In this document: positions 61,990 through 64,000 of the stretch, in pieces
Layout: each line of letters begins with the position of its first letter
How positions within the stretch are numbered: the stretch's first letter is position 1
Source: Ascidiella aspersa
Taxonomy: Eukaryota
Length of the DNA stretch: 64,000 nt
Assembly (NCBI GenBank): GCA_963924565.1
Contig: OZ004610.1
Coordinates: 29,512,001 to 29,576,000, forward strand
Direction of reading: 5' to 3'
Translations under genes and position numbers: made by a program
Notes under the pieces: model-generated
What the model was told of the DNA's origin: nothing
Seen by the model: the letters and a program-made list of their open reading frames with translations, nothing else
The model's database searches: none

Positions 61990-62655
61990 TTTTATTCAAG
62001 CAAGGCATAACTGAAAAATTTAGCTTACGACGAGGTTCGAACTTTATAGCTTGATCATAATTCAGTTGACAAAGAGTTAAGTATAGTGCTGAAACTTCAT
62101 TATTCTGCCGGCTATGAACAGTTTCGCAAGGCGTAAATTCGGGTAAATGCATTTGCGGTTTGAGTCGACTTTTTTTTCATGTGACTGAATAATTGCAGGT
62201 TAGTTTTTAATTTTTTAAATCGTGGTTAGGCAGTGGCGTTCATGGAACGTATGAAATTTCGCCACAATTAAATCAACATTAGATATTAAATCAACATCAG
62301 CTGGCTCTGAATGGCAGAAAACAAATATGTCAGTGGGTATCACGGATTTTTGATTCAAGCAAAACATAACTGAAAAATCTAACCTATATGACGAGGTTCG
62401 AACGTTATACCTTGATCACAATTGAGTTGACAAAGAGTTAAGTATAGTGCTGGAACTTCATTATTTTAAAGGTTTTTATCAATTCTGTAGATTTGAGTGA
62501 ACTTTATTATTTCTTGTGGCTAAAAATATTTACGGGCCCCGTTGGTTTGCATTTGTCGCCTATCAGTTCGCTGCCACTTTTTTTTAAATCGTGCTTAGGG
62601 AGTGACGTTCATAAAACTTCTGGAGTGTCGCCACAATTAAATCAACATCAGATAA
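61990..62655. repeat. Diverged tandem duplication, unit about 360 bp, two copies
   Basis: ATTCAAGCAA..CATAACTGAAAAAT..GACGAGGTTCGAAC..GTTGACAAAGAGTTAAGTATAGTGCTG and CGCCACAATTAAATCAACAT occur in both 61990-62290 and 62348-62655. Confidence 0.88.
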
Positions 62656-63094
62656 ATGAATGATCTTAAGACTGTTATGAAAACAGTCTAAAACATAAAA
62701 TTATTTCTTAAAATAAACGGTCTTAAGATCATCTGATACGAAAGCAAGAATGTTTCTTTTACATTTTAGATCCTCACTTCCTAAAGTGTTTCAGATAAAA
62801 TAATATTGCTTTTGCTCCGTTTGGCGTCAAAGAGACAGAAAAGCGACTGCACACAGTGCACTAAAATTAGTACCTCTGTAGATACTTTCTAATTGCTCTC
62901 TTACATAATCTTGTAGTTATGATGTATATCGTGAGGCCGTAAAATATATCCTTCGCTGCGCTTTAACAAGAAGTCTATACACACACAAGAAGGGTCAGAC
63001 TATGATGCGGGACCTAAAGTTTAATCGACCTCATTAACTTACTACCACATTGGCTAACCACCCTATATATCAAGCTAAAAAAACGTCTACTCAC

Positions 63095-63177
63095 TTCTCG
63101 ACCAAACCTTAGCGTTGTCCGAAACTTCAAAGTGATCCGCGTTGCGCCAAAACAGCTCCTCTCGCCGCCTAAGCAAC
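63095..63177 (-). promoter_or_regulatory. Candidate 5' UTR exon and RFX X-box-like site for the DUF4542-like gene
   Basis: Donor GAA|GTGAGT with exon end at 63095 (minus). GCCGCCTAAGCAAC at 63164-63177 approximates the X-box GTNRCC-N0-3-RGYAAC. The surrounding region is CpG-rich. Confidence 0.5.
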
Positions 63178-64000
63178 AACAAGACGAAAATTTGCAGCCT
63201 GGTCTGGGAACGGGTCCGGTTCAACAGCGTAGGCCCCAGCGAAGTCGAGCGCGTTTTTATTCAAGTCGACCGCTGACAAGCTTTGGAAACATGTCGCCGC
63301 CTCGCCGACATTGTTGGCAAAACGCGCGGCGCCATTGTCTTCCAGGAATCGGTAACAATGCAAGCGCCAGCGGCTAATTGTTTGGGGCCGCGTTTCGCGT
63401 GACACGGACCAGGTAAGGGGATAGTTTGACAAGGCGAGGGTACACCTTCATAAGCGGTCAAAGGATCAGAACAACTCCTCTTAGCCCTTTAAACGCCATT
63501 TGTTTTGTATGTGTTGTGTTTTTTAACTCTTAAATCCCGGGCGAAACGCGTTGACGCACTTTACAAGAGGATGGCGCAGGTTTGTCACAACATAAAGCGT
63601 CATACAGCTGCCGGTTTAATTACTGCGACGACGCAGGCGATTCCGTCACTGTGGAAAGCTCATAATGACCCGTCGCGCTCCGTTGCAAAGACGCAATGCT
63701 GTGCTAATGACACGAAATCGGCCCTGCCCCCAAATCGCGCCCTACGGACCCCCGCCCGCCGAAAACAAAACAGGGCAACGAAGACAACAAATCGCCTTTC
63801 AAAGCGCCCGCGTTTATGAGATCGACGGCGGTTGATTTTATCCAATTATGACGGGAGGATGAATGGCGCGTATAGTGTTCGGCACGTTGCGCCTTTCACC
63901 AAATCGACGGGGATTCCGTGTTAAGAGGGCGACCTTGCCTCCGGTAAACTCGTCAAGCAAAAGGTCGCGGCGACTGCGAGACTGTGTGAAGCGTTCTGCT

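Noticed and set aside
63132-63845. Several 60-104 aa ORFs on both strands
   Set aside because: No family resemblance or consistent exon structure; more likely a CpG-rich promoter region. A gene continuing beyond the window cannot be excluded.

Overview
Eukaryotic, AT-rich genomic DNA with many short GT-AG introns, most consistent with a compact invertebrate-chordate (ascidian/tunicate) genome; this taxon call is an inference. Positions 1-49.7 kb hold four almost identical sarcomeric (class II) myosin heavy chain genes. Genes A (cut by the left window edge), B and C lie in tandem on the minus strand, and gene D lies on the plus strand head-to-head with C. Each has a non-coding first exon and a TATA-type/Inr promoter with muscle-type E-box, T-box and CRE-like motifs; D has about 37 exons. 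Intron similarity among the copies is a patchwork, suggesting gene conversion that includes the inverted copy. Spacers contain hAT (Buster/Charlie-type) remnants and MITEs. Downstream is an uninterrupted 407-aa ORF (51082-52305) that appears to join a Cys-rich N-terminus, a SYT14/16-like C2 domain and a tomosyn/amisyn-like R-SNARE motif with no transmembrane anchor; this is the most novel-looking item. A three-coding-exon minus-strand gene (59608-61932) carries two C17orf98/SPMAP1 (DUF4542)-like motifs and has an RFX X-box-like site upstream. All family assignments are from reading the sequence and recalled motifs; no searches were run.
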